DNA of 64,000 nucleotides from Chrysomallon squamiferum (Eukaryota; Animalia; Mollusca): NCBI GenBank assembly GCA_012295275.1, contig CM022670.1, positions 23,498,001 to 23,562,000 of the forward strand, read 5' to 3'. Shown piece by piece: positions 25,343 to 38,690 of this stretch (position 1 is its first letter; each line of letters starts with the position of its first letter). The notes under the pieces were generated by a model. It saw only the letters and a program-made list of their open reading frames with translations, ran no database searches and was not told where the DNA came from. The position numbers and the translations under genes were made by a program.

Positions 25343-28300
25343 GTTTATTCGGATTAAGTATCGTGATTATTGTTTTTTTTTTAATATTTCATGACGATGT
25401 TTTATAGTTTATATACTGCTGAGCACTTAAAGTGCATGCTTTCTTTCAGACCGAGTTTTTATGATTTAATAAAGAAAGATATGAAATATTACCAGATAGT
25501 TCTCATGATATTTATTTATTTACAGTTGGTTTTTTTGAACGTTTTTAAAATAATGTGATATTTTATGGGTGTTTTTCTCGATTTTTTCTTTCTTTCTTTC
25601 GTTTCCTTTTTTTTTTAAATTTTATTTATTTATTTACAATTGGGTTTTTTTAAACGTTTCCAAAAAGTGATATTTTGTGGGTGTTTTTTTTTTTTTCTTT
25701 CTTCTCCATTTTTTAAATTTAATTTAACTTTATTATTATTATGTTTTTTGTTTTTTTTTTTGTTTTTGGGGGTTTTTTTTTAGACAAAACTAAACAAAAA
25801 GTGTTGTAATTTATAGATGAAATCGGAGATACGAATACTATTTCTAACCCAGCCCCCCCTCTTTCGATGTATTTTAGTGTATTCAAATGTATTTATAATA
25901 TTTAATTTTAATCTGTGCGTGTGAAAATTGCTAAACGTGCACAAACTATTATATTATAATATTTGTTATATTTTATTATTATTATTGTTATTATTGTTGT
26001 TGTTGTTGTTCTTCTTGTTGTTGTTCTTCTTCTTCTTCTTGCAGCTGCCGCCACTGTAGTTAAATATATATTAATAATTAACTAAATAAATAAATTTGAA
26101 AAAGATAAATTCTAAATCAAAAGTGAAGATTAATGCTTTGAATAATGAACAGTGGGTTATTTCCCTTAGACTGGTACTGATTTCTTACCGGCTTTGTACA
26201 TCCATTTCATTCTCCATATTGAGGCACCTCACAGTCTGTAATTGAAAGTACTGATACCGTTATTTCATTGTATGAAAAGAAAAAAGTAATCTGAAAATAT
26301 GAGAAGGGTGTTTATTTATCGTAGTTTTAGTACTGATATTTGTATTTAATATTTATACAAGTAATAAAATAAAATGTGAACATGATTTTAAACTTTTAAT
26401 ATTATAGGTATGGAAAATGATAATAAAGTAATAAAATACATGGAAGAAGCAAAAATAAATATTTAGTAATATCAAGAAGAAGAAGAAGGAAGATGAAAAA
26501 AGGAAGAAAATAAAATTATGATGTTTTATTAAATCATTTGATAAATAAATAAAACAAAAACAACAACAAATATCTTTGTTTAATGACATCGTGAGCAAAT
26601 TGTATTTTTAAACAAATACACTGTATGTATATATATACTAACGATTACTGGAATCTGATATATGATTTAGTAAAGATTACAATGGGAAGGAACACCGTTG
26701 TTCTTACACCATATACAATGTTACTGAAATACGGTACCGTATCTTTTGTCAAAAATCGGAAGTCGGGTAGAAATCAGCGTAATGAAATATATAAGGTCAC
26801 TAACAATATAGAGACACTATAAGAGAAACAAATAATATTGCATGTTGAACTTCTGGGATAAGATTTTGCAAGTTTCACACAGCAAGTAAATAAGGATGTG
26901 AACTCAAAAACGGGCAGATCTGTATTTATCATACGCTGATACACTGGACACCAAGAGACGATTTGAAAAAAGTTGAATTTACAAAGCAAATACTGCCAAA
27001 CCGCAAATGTATAAGAGAGAAGGTACTCAATAATGATGTACCAGACGTAAGTTTGTTTACCAGAGATACATTTTAAGCAATAGTTGATAATCATTACCAG
27101 AGATAACAGCAACAGTTGACAAACGTGAAACTCGGATGAGGAGGAAAGCATGTGTACATAGAACTGTGGACACATTTTCTTGCCTCAGTGACGTACAAAA
27201 TAATGAACTTCTTCATCTTCGGAAACTGAAATATAATCGCAGAATAGTCAAACGCTGATTGTTCTTTTCCCAGATGATTTAAATATTAATTTGTCATCAG
27301 TTTCACACATATGTTCACCGTAAGTTCAGTTCAACAAAATTTTAAAAAGTCTGATTCAGTCGTGATGAATTTTATTCAATAATTGTAGCAGACATTACAG
27401 AATGCGCTTTTAGAACTTTTGAAACCGGCTTGCATATATATATACTTTTAATATTAATGTTCACAATGTTCGTTGTCTCGGATGAAACATTAAAAATCCC
27501 AACAGAACCTCAGTATGACAACACAGCATGAAAGATTATTACGAAAGATATATTTTGCAAGTGAAAACAAAAAAAGGACAAATCCTTTTAATTATATAAA
27601 TAAATAACAATAATAAAATGTATTATTGCTTTGAAAATAAAGATGGTTTGTTTAGATAATAACAATGTGATATCTATCAGTGTGTCATGTTGTTATTAAG
27701 AGATCAAAAACCAATAATTTCTGCTTAAAGAGTCGTTTCTGATATTTTATTTTTATTTTTTACTTTAAAAAAACAAAACAGTATAAAAACCGAAATTTTT
27801 TTAAATTTTGTTTCTGCAGTTATAACTATGCAAATAATACTGATTATACTGCTTTCTGTTACACAGAGTTTAATAAATAAAATATTAAATGGACCGATTG
27901 TAACTGACAGAGCTGTGAGGTCTGAACTGAAAGGAAACTTAACTTTTGATCTAATATTCAACATTGATTGTTGAGTATCAGCGTCTTGTGGATTTTGAAG
28001 AGGTTTTAACCGTAGATGTTCGAGGGGGTTACAAGGCTGGATTGTGCTTAAAGCATCAGTTGTTCTTAATCAGGCCGCTTTTTAATGGGTAATGAATAAT
28101 ATGTAAAAAGCATCACAGTGTTTCTGATTTGCACAATTTACGTCGTGGTCAAAAACCCCAAATGCTACTTATTCAAGATGTTTTTAAACAGTTTTGGCCT
28201 AAAGACATGGTCATCATGACCGGTTTTAACTCTTTCACCTTGTTTGACAAAATATCATCCTTCTATGGCGATCAAAATCAATTGTTGAAAGTCACAGTTT

Positions 28301-28400
28301 ATTTTGCTACAAACCGTTGGGATTTAGAGGATGCTTTGAAGTTATTGTGTGTAATCCATGTGCCAGTCCAACGAGAAATGAACCCTTTAATGTAGCAATT

Positions 28401-28404
<4 letters not shown>

Positions 28405-28490
<86 letters not shown>
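28405..28490. repeat. (AG)n microsatellite
   Basis: Perfect dinucleotide run. Confidence 0.97.
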
Positions 28491-28492
<2 letters not shown>

Positions 28493-28706
28493 AACCGATG
28501 AAGGTTAGTTTTTTAACTTTGATAGATGTGAATTCACTGATATGATGGTGTGTGTGTAGGTGTGTATGCTTGGATGCATTTACATCATGTTTTTTTTTTG
28601 CTATGTGCTGGAATATTTTTAATAAAATCTACATAAAACCTGAAACTGTTTGAATGTTATTAACTGATATACATTTTCAATTTATTACAAGAGATATCCC
28701 GTAAAG

Positions 28707-29167
28707 ATAAAGAAAGTGACTGTACTGTTTCTAACATTTTGTTTGCAAATCATATTTATTAATCCAATTATTCGGTCGCCCATCGTAAATGTAAAAAGAA
28801 CTTTACGACTGCTTTGAGCTAAATCACTGGCACTTCCAAGAAAACTCGCAGACATCTTAGCATCAAACCAGTTGATAACCAAAATTAAAACTGTATTCAT
28901 CGTGTGTGCACTGCCCTTTCTGGTCCTCAAGGGCGTGTCCTGCCGTGTTGCCAAGACAAAGAAGCCATTGGAAATCTCAATCGGAGTTTATTGATGTCGT
29001 GTTCGTTATCTTTGTTCGCTTGCTGCCCGTCCTCCGGGGCAGAATGTCAATCGGCTGCGTCAAAGCGTGTCGGCGGCAATCATATACGTTCAATTGGAAG
29101 ATGTCCCTGGAGGCGTTGCCGAGGCAAACGTCGTCCAAAGACACGCATTTGCACGCGAAGATATTAA
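28707..29167 (+). pseudogene. Candidate decayed gene for a secreted Cys-rich cationic protein
   Basis: GC-rich block. Signal-peptide-like frame from ATA at 28707, one frameshift near 28761, TAA at 28820 and 28886, then open to TAA at 29165-29167; 12 Cys in the putative mature part. No family recognised. Confidence 0.4.
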
Positions 29168-29644
29168 AAGTCTAGAGAATTTTGTTGCTTTTAAGAAAAC
29201 TGATTTAGCAGCATAGCAATATTTTCATTGACTGTATTTTTTTTTTTTTTTTTTTTTTTTTCCTTCATTGTATATATAATTAAGCAGATAAAGGAGTTTA
29301 ATTACATGAAAGATGTTTGTAGGTTTTTGCTGGCATGAAATTAAAGTACAGGTGTTGTTTCTTCACATCAAGGTTTATTTCAAGCCAGCTGAAAAGTGGT
29401 CTTTAAGTCCAACAGAAAAATTAATAACTACACGTGTATGTACTAAAATACTGAAAATTAAAAAACAAACAAGAAAAACTACAAACCTTTTTTGTAGAAC
29501 ATTTTTGTCGAAATATCTATGCTTTCTATTTCATTTTTAATACCAATTTTTTTTTTTTTTTTCCTTATCGGATAAATATATAATTTGCATTCAAGAATGT
29601 TTTTAAATGCTATTCCGAGTAAAATGAAGTTGTTCGTTTATTAT

Positions 29645-29831
29645 TTCTTCTTCTTCTTCTTCTTCTTCTTCTTCTTCTTGTTTAGAAATGTTGTCTACAT
29701 AAAAATAAGCAATCACTCGTGAAATCCTTAACACTGGCGTCATCTGAAATGTCTATGGAAGAACCAAGGAAAATTCAACCTGGGATTTCTTCTTCTTAAA
29801 GTTTACGCTCTGGTCACTGAGCTGACTCCAC
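29645..29831 (-). mobile_element. Decayed tRNA-derived SINE
   Basis: The - strand reads GTGGAGTCAGCTCAGTGACCAGAGCG (A-box-like) ... CCAGGTTGAATT (B-box-like) and ends in a (GAA)n tract near 29645-29680. Confidence 0.5.
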
Positions 29832-30699
29832 TTCTGTCAGATCGAGGATGGTGTTTATGCTGAGAATTAGAACAGTACATGAACAAATAAACACGAAGGA
29901 ACATTCCAGTTTCCGGGATGTTCTGAATTATTCTAGTAAGAACTTTAAAACAAACAACGTGCAAATACCGGTTTGATTAGATTTTTATTACTGAAATATT
30001 AAACATGCATTATCATAATAGTTTCGGAATGTTTTTCTTTTTCTTTTTCAGGGAAATGCAGCTGTCATTCATACCTGTTGAAAATAACGAAGTACTTAGT
30101 AGTTAAAGTCATATTTTTACTGAAGTGTACCATTAATGTAAGATAGAAGCTATGTGCACAAGGATGTCATGAAAAAGTGCATTTTCCAAAACGAATTACT
30201 TTAATGCCATATGCTTACTTTATTTTATTTTTGTTAAAGACTAGTCGGTAGTAATGTAATAACGCAGATTTGTACAAAACATAATATATTTTGGCAATAA
30301 TAATTAATATCATTAACATTAATTTTTATATGTAATAATTACTGACAACACAGATTTTGAACATTAGTGATCTTTTGTTTCAATTTCTTTTTTCTTAATT
30401 CGAGGGATTCTTATTTGAGTCAAGATGACAAGACATCTGTACTGCAATTTTCGTGAAAACTGTAATTATGAATTCTGTTTCTTGTTACAATAATCGCTGT
30501 CTCAAAATGTTTTTTTCGTTACATCTGTTATAATTAATAATTATAAAATTATTTCGAACCATGTTTGTAAGTTAAATTATAAGTGATAATATTTATTTAT
30601 TTATTTATTAATTTATCGTTTATATTTATTCTTTCTTCTTCTCTCTTTTTTTTTTTTTTTTTTCTATGTTAAATATCCTTTTATTACAGAATCCGTATT

Positions 30700-31350
30700 C
30701 AGCAGAAATTCCCGTTTGTTTACAATAGGCCTATAAATACGTGTGCGCAGATTTTACCTTTGGGAAGGCCATTTCCAGTTCTGTTTGTTTTATCCCCAAG
30801 TTACCGTTTATCTAAGACTGTGAATACAATGCATTTGTTTGGTGATTAATGGTTTATGTTCATGTTTATTCCACAAGACAAACAGACTGATGACTGTTAT
30901 TAATAAACTGGCAAGCGTAACACTGCACGATTATTTACTTCGACCAGTTTTCATTTGATTGGCGGATATAGCATTAGGGCAAAACTCATTCATTTCGCCC
31001 AATGGCAGCTAAAGTGACATTTATGTATTATGCGAATGCCGCATCATGCCATTTGGGTAAACGAAAAAAAAAAAAAAAAAAAAAAAAAAAAGATTCTATT
31101 AATGAAAGTCATGGACTGTAATTTCATTCTTCATCATCACTTTGTTGCGTTTCTATGACGACAGTTCACGCGATATGTTGGCGCCATTTTTGTCGTTATG
31201 CCTCAGTGGTGACTCTCATCTCGATGCTAGATCAAAAAGTACAGTTAAATAATATCAAGCAATTGCATGAATATCAGAAATAGAAGCAGCGATATTACAG
31301 AGCACACACTTCTCTAGTCGGTAGTTCTATTGATTACCAGGCCGTACGTG
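30700..31350. promoter_or_regulatory. Orphan promoter-like block
   Basis: TATAAATA at 30732, GATTGG ~30957, CCAAT ~30999, YY1-like GCGCCATTTT ~31180, high CpG; no assembled gene starts here. Confidence 0.4.
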
Positions 31351-34300
31351 AATGGGATGAAATGTGAAAGAATTATGGTGTACAGAAATACCGTAACAAT
31401 GAATGAATGTAATCCAAAAACTTTTCAATAAGATTTCCACCAGATCCAGTTGTTCTAAGCAAGAAAGATTAAGTTGAGTGGTTAATAACAAGAAAAAAGA
31501 AGAAGAATAACAGGAACAAATTTAAGAAAACAGGAGAGGATACATTTTTGATTTCATTGTACATGATACATGGTGAAAGTGTTTATTTAATAGGTTAAAA
31601 AAGCAAACAAAAAATTCCTCAAACAAAACAGGTAATAATAATAATAATATGTAAAAATATTCACCAAGTTGTAAATCTTAGTAAAAATTGAAACAACAGG
31701 AATACTATTATCTAAAACAAAAACTGATATTCGCAAAATATGCAAATCTGACATTCTTTAGAGTAGCTTTGTTAAATTTTGATGTATCAAATTATCAAAA
31801 TAAAAGAGATTTTACGTATATTACTTTGTTTTCTAAAGGCGCCGTACACTTGAAATTAATTAAAACCGACATGTCAAACATTAGAAACTGATGTATTTCC
31901 AAGCGTCTTTCAGGAATAAATGGTCCAGCATTTCGTTTGCAGAAAGGCTTGCATAAATATATTAATGGCATTGCTTTTTATTTGAAATCTAGCGTGATGA
32001 GGCAACATTATACAGTACAATGCATGCTGTCAAATCTTGAAATAGAATTTCCAAGAGGGCTGGATTTTGCAAATGACTTGGAGGTCATCTGGTGGGCTTC
32101 TTGTGCCTTTAATTGACTGCTCAGTTTTCGGTTCCGTGACCTCTGTCAATAAAACTGACAACTGTTACGAAAGATGAAGTGACTAGAAGAAACATTTTAA
32201 AAAATAAAATAAGAAAAAGATCTATTAACATTGATATTTATTTGAATACTTTGTTAAATGATAAACTGAAATTACGCTGAATGCAACACTTGATTAAAAA
32301 AATAATAATAATAAAAAGGGAAATGTTATATATTTCAACAGTTCTAATAAAGAACGCAAATAAATATTTCTTGAACGTTATTGTTCTATTCAGAAATAAA
32401 TACGTTATTGATAAAAAAAAAAAAAAAAATTGTAATTATTATTTAGTCAACTTTAATTTTTGGAATGAAAAATTGTCAACAATTCAATGCAGGGTAAGAC
32501 ATGTTAATTTGTTTTTCTTTTTTTTCTTTTTTGTGTTTTTTTGTGTTTTTTTTTTTTAATTATATCATTTTAGGAGGTACGAAAAATTGTTTCAAAAATT
32601 ATGAATACAAAACAATGGTTTGTCCTGCGGTCAGGTTGAGATTTGTCCATTACACAGTATTATTTATCCTTTATAATTTTATTTGGATATTTCTTAAATA
32701 TAACAGTTTGTAATAAGCCTGCTTGCTTTTCTCAACCACTGTAAGTTTAAAATTCTTATAATAATTTTTGTTTTTGTCTTGTAAGAATGGAAGAAATGTA
32801 TTATTAAACGTAATATATAAATACACAAAATCTATCTGTATAAGCTGTACGTGAAACACAAATAGAATTCCTAGACATGAATCTTATTTTCCTTGTAGTC
32901 CACATGCATTATTTTATTTGTTACTGATGATCAATCTTTCTTAATAGATCATAATAGAAATCATATAATCTAGAACATTAATAGATTAAATAAAAACAAA
33001 GAATTTCTGAGTATAGATATCAAAATATTTTATTTCATTTATTTTGTTCATGAGTGTGAACAGATAAAAGTAATTCAATATACAAAATTTTACAAATAAA
33101 AGAAATCATCCTTAAAATCATGACATACTTCAAGAAACTCTAATTATACAGATAAATTCACCATCATTAATTTACAGTTCAATATTCCGTATTTTCTTCC
33201 TAAGCTCTTTAATAATAGTTATTTACTAAAATGCTAACACATTTTCAACAGTGGATTGATTTCAGAAAATGCACATCATTACAGTTCATTTTCAAGATGA
33301 AATTAAAATCTCATCTTTATGAAACTGCCCTAAATGCCATAAGACCTGATGGGAACAGAAAGGAAGGAACCAGTTTAACTCTTCAGTTATGAAAATTAAA
33401 AAAAAGAAATAAAAATGGTTAAAATAATCTGTATGCAGTTCTTTCTGTCCTGTCTTTAAAAATAATGTTTTCAATTAAAAAAAAAACAAAAAAAACCTGA
33501 CATTAGTAAATGTTAAACAAATGCAAGAAACATGCCAAGTGGTTATTTAAAAATAAATTAATTAATCTTATTTAATGGAGTTACATGTAGTGGGTGTTTA
33601 TATTTTTATTCATTATTTTGTTTATTGTTGTTATTGTTGTTTTAAAAATATATACAGTAAAAAAAAAATTAATACACTTTTTAAAGAAAAAAACAATCAT
33701 GTTATTGAAATGCCTATGTTTAAAACAAACCAGGAAAAAAAAAAAAAAATGTACAAAACAATGTGAAACCAATAACTCAGCCTGTACATATACAGAAGAT
33801 ATGTGACATGTTGGTCCCAGTTTAATTTGTTAATTTCCACATACACAATCACAGATTAATCTTGATTCATTATAATATGTTTCGAAACCATTCTCCAAGA
33901 TAAATTTTTTTAAAAACAAAGTGATTTTCTTATTGTTTCTGAGTAAATACAGCTGTGCTTACATACAAAATGTACAAATATTTACAATGAATGCTGTGTA
34001 GGAATATACAGGCGATCTCTGGATTCATTCCAGAAAGAAAACAAAATTTAAAACTGTCCTGTACATGACAAAAATGTGTTTAAAAATATTCCTCATTCAT
34101 TCTGGTGTATCTAATGTATTGTTACCAATATTAAATGTGAGTGTATTCAAATATAAAAAAATGGTTTGGCATAAATTAAATTTGAAATGTTTTAGTTGTA
34201 AGATGTTTTTAAAACAATGTGATTATTTAAAGATAATAAATGAATAATAATAATAATAATAATGGAAACAATTAATATTGTACTTGAACTATTTAAAAGT

Positions 34301-37300
34301 GATATTCTACTGTATAGTGGAAGTGTAACTCCCCAAATTATTAACATGTTATTATTTATTTTTACAGTATAATAATATACCATATCTTTCACCACAGAAA
34401 GATTGTTTTCTGAACAGAACTTATCCTGATGGACCACAGAATATTGTTTTCTGAACAATACAAATGGAAAAATTCACAATACAAACCAAAAATTACTAAA
34501 TATATTTTGTAAACTTCCAGGAAATTGTTTATTTATTCCTTTGTTCAAATCTTTACTAATAATGAATTACTATAATATAAAACATGTGGGGATGCACCAA
34601 GATTGATGTTTTCTTTTTTCATTCCTTTGCATCCTCACAAAATTAAAGATTTCTTTTATTTTTTAATAAGTGATGATATTTGTTCTAAACAGCAAACCAG
34701 TGCAGAGTGTGATAATTATGTGCTTAGACATTTGGGCTGTTTTTGTGTTTTAGTCTTGTGAATTTAAATAATTTAATTATTTTAGCAGGTACAACTTTTG
34801 TGGTGAAATGAACCCGCCCAGTTTTGAAGATAAGTCATTTTCAGATTCTGTAACCAAAACCATGAAGTGACTAAAACAACTGACTATTTTTTTTTTAGAA
34901 CAAAATACTTTAATTATAAGATTAATAATAATCTTCTTCAAACTGAAGTAATTTTAATTATAAAACTTAAGCAAAATATTACATGATTGTTAATTAATCA
35001 TTCTCCATATACATTTGAAATATTTATTTTTCCAAAACCTCAAGTTTTGAACATTAATATCTGATAGGATTTGTCTGAAATAAACATTCTGTAACACTTG
35101 TAACACATACAAAGATGTACAAATTTATACAAGTGATGTTTCAGGCAAAATAAAAAATAATAAGAAAGATTTTTAACTTTTCCCATTTCTTAATAATTGA
35201 CAGCTGGTCTGCAATGGTTTTCTTTATATATATATATTTGAAGTTCTGTAATTTATGGCTCAAGACTATGAATCATTCTTTGCCTGTAAATACTAAAATA
35301 ACTCAAATATACAAGACCATGATTCTGTATTAAATCATTGTCAGTGTTTAACTTTATAAACATGAACAAACTTTGAACAAACTTGATGCTGACAATATCT
35401 TATGATGCCCTAAATTCTGAAATTTCATTAAACCCAACCAAAGCCATTTACAATTATTGCATACTCTTGACAGATATGGTTAGAACTTTTTTTTTATATC
35501 AGCTGTTATTTGTTCAAATTTTAAGGCTGATCTTTCAAAACATTCTCAGCTAAGTGCCCATTGAATATGTTTCTGCCATCTCTGGGGAGAAATATATTTA
35601 AAAATCCAATATAGAAAATCATTTCTTTCTCTCTTTTTATGTAAAACAGAAATAAAAAAATAAAAAATACTAAAGAGAAAAAGAAGATTAAACACAAAGT
35701 AATAAAATAATTTCACACACAGATAAAATAAAGGCCTAAACAAAGAGTCCTGTTCAGTTAAAAATAAACGTATTTTAACAAAGCAGTGTTAAAATGGACA
35801 TTCGATTTAAAAAATAATTCAGAAAAAAAACATTATAAATAAGCCAGAAAACATAGGGTTATGTTGAACAAGCAAAACCAAAACCCTTTTTTATTCTGTT
35901 GTTAATGTTTGTAAAATACAGAGCTCAGCTGTGGAAATAAAAATGATATAAAAAGACACCATCTGAATTCAGTATTTACAAATTATCTCGGTAAATACAA
36001 AATAATTTCTCAACAGTTTAAAAATACCGAATCCCCAATTGTTGAAATGAAATCTTTAGAGACGTTTTGAAGAACCATTCAATAAAAACTGACTGAAGTG
36101 AAGTGGGTTAAACTTGACAGTGGCAAACAGTTGCAGTAAATTATTAAAGCATTGCATGCAGACACAAAGGAGGCAAAGAATGGATGCTATGGAGAGAATG
36201 GCTGAATGGTGGAATTTAGAGATACAGAGTAACATTCATGTATCTTTAATAAACAAAACTACAAAACTAAAACTGAAATAAAACAAGTGATACTGAAGAT
36301 AAACATATTTTAAACCAATGTGTATTCATTATTTTTTTTATTCTTATTATTTTTTTTAAAGTGGCGTGAATGACACTAACTTATTTTAATTAATTAAAAA
36401 TTCCTTAACTCACTGGATGAAGCAAATATTAACACTGGCTGATCTGTAGATGAGTATGAAGCTTTGATGAGTTCTGTTACCAGAAGCATAAAATTTATTC
36501 TGTTTAACCAAAATTAATTTAAACATTCGTTCTTTTGGGAAATATTTTGTGTAACAGAAGGATAAATTACTGCCAAATGTTACTGGTTTTATTTCTTCTT
36601 CTTAATCCAGTAATGAACTCTGATTTGCCCAGTATTTTCTTCAAAAACAATAGTAAAAAAAAAATACCATTGTTTTTACATGCTATGCAAACTAAAACAG
36701 TGAAAAATGATGAAAGCATTATAGCTGTCATTCAGTTGTATATATATATATATATATATCTAAAATTAAAAAGAAACAATAAAAATAACCTCCAAAACCA
36801 ATAATAAATACTGATAACAAAAACTGATCCAAGCTAAATATTTTCTTGAAACTTGTGAAAAGTGTAAGTCTGTTTTAAAAATGAAAACGCTGATGGTGTT
36901 TTAGATATCAGTTTTCACTTCAGATTCAGGTAACGATGTATGACTGGTCACAAAGAAGACAGCATCAAACATTTTCTAGCTCAATTAACATGTTATTTTT
37001 CTGATTAAGCCTAGTTTGGTTTGCTCATTAGAAATTCCATGCAAATATGAATTACAGAAATGCATAAATCATTGACAGAATTTAAGTCACTTTGCACAAT
37101 AAAGGCACAGATACAAAAAGATGTTTCAAAATAATTAAAATAATCTGTTTAATAGATTTATGCTTATTTAGCAAGTGGTTTTCAATAAACATGTAGAAAA
37201 TATTTATAAATCTGTTCAACTTTATTTTTTTTTATTTATTTTTTTTTATTGCAGTTTTTCATTTAAACACATTTACTTTTTCCTTCCTGTGATTATACAT

Positions 37301-38504
37301 TATTTCTTTTCTTATGTTCACCCTGCTCTTTGTCATAATCATGATATCCTGTTTATAATGTACCACATGTTTGAACTTTATTCATTATGTTTGACATCAT
37401 TATGATCTGTACCATTTAATAATTCATATTCATGTCAAATACCACATTCTTACTATAATCCATTTCCATAAACTCAGATAATGGAGATGTTCAAACAAGT
37501 GCTAACTAATGAAATGGTTTTGTGTACAAAGTTTGAAATAAAATGTTGATGCTGTCAAATTTTCCAAAGTTGCAAGAACATTTCCTGTCCCTTTTTTAAC
37601 TGCATATTACAGCTAATAAAAAAATTAAAAAAATTAATAAAAAAAAAAGAGCTGAAACTGTACTGTATAAAAGATTTGGTAAAATTGTTACATTACTGAA
37701 GAATATATCCAGCATTTCAGAAAAGGTGGGGTGGCTAATCATTTTGGTGGGTGTTACATTCTTGTTAAAGGAATTAAATTAGAAAAAAAACTTCTGGGAA
37801 TTGTACAAGTCTAATCATGATGATGATCATCATCATCATCTTGAATGTAATGTTTACATTTTAGTTTTTGTCTAGATTAGTTTTGTTCTGCACAAAATGT
37901 TAACAATCTAATCTAAAAAAAAAAAAGAACAATCATGCTAAATTCTAACATAATGTCAGTACAGATAAAAGTTAATTTACTAAGATAAAAAAAAAAAAAA
38001 AATCTCCAATGTTTTATTTCATTTTTACTGCCTTTTTTAAATATCTGCCAGCCATTTTGTTTTTAGCCTTGCTCCAAAACTCAACATGAATTATCACTTT
38101 GATTGTAAAGATACAGCGTGTGACTGATCACCTGTCCAAATCTTTGTCAGTGTAACAAACAGAATATGACCACAAACTGAACAGTGAAAGGACAGGGTTT
38201 TATTCCAGGACAATTAAAGAACAATCTACAGAATTATTTACTAAGTTGTATACTTTGTGAAGTTACGTTTTCTTTCTTCTTTTCTTCAGTGAGCAGTCAG
38301 TGTTTAGAAGGGTATATAACCGTGTTATTACAAATAATATTTGCAACAATCAAACTGAACACGATATAACTGCCACGCTAATAATGTGGTATTATTTAAA
38401 TAACAGTCTACTGTTATTATTGCAATAAACTGTTGAATCTTTAAATTTGTAGATGAAATCATAATATAGGCTAAATCAATACTGATGTATGAAATCACTA
38501 TTCA

Positions 38505-38546
<42 letters not shown>

Positions 38547-38690
38547 TTTTAATTATTATTATTTATTATTATTTTAATTATTATTATTATTATTATTATA
38601 TTTATTACTATTATTATTATTAATATTACTATTATTATTATTGTTACTACTACTACTACTACTACTACTTCAACAACCTCTATTACTATC
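38505..38690. repeat. (ATT)n/(ACT)n microsatellite downstream of the tetraspanin B stop
   Basis: Directly visible. Confidence 0.92.

Noticed and set aside
25510-25695. ~115-bp degenerate tandem duplication
   Set aside because: Real, but T-rich and with no sign of function.
28686-29218. Long + strand frame interrupted only by two TGA codons (selenoprotein or alternative genetic code?)
   Set aside because: No ATG, no recognisable selenoprotein motif and no SECIS seen; the Cys-rich alternative frame is the more coherent reading.
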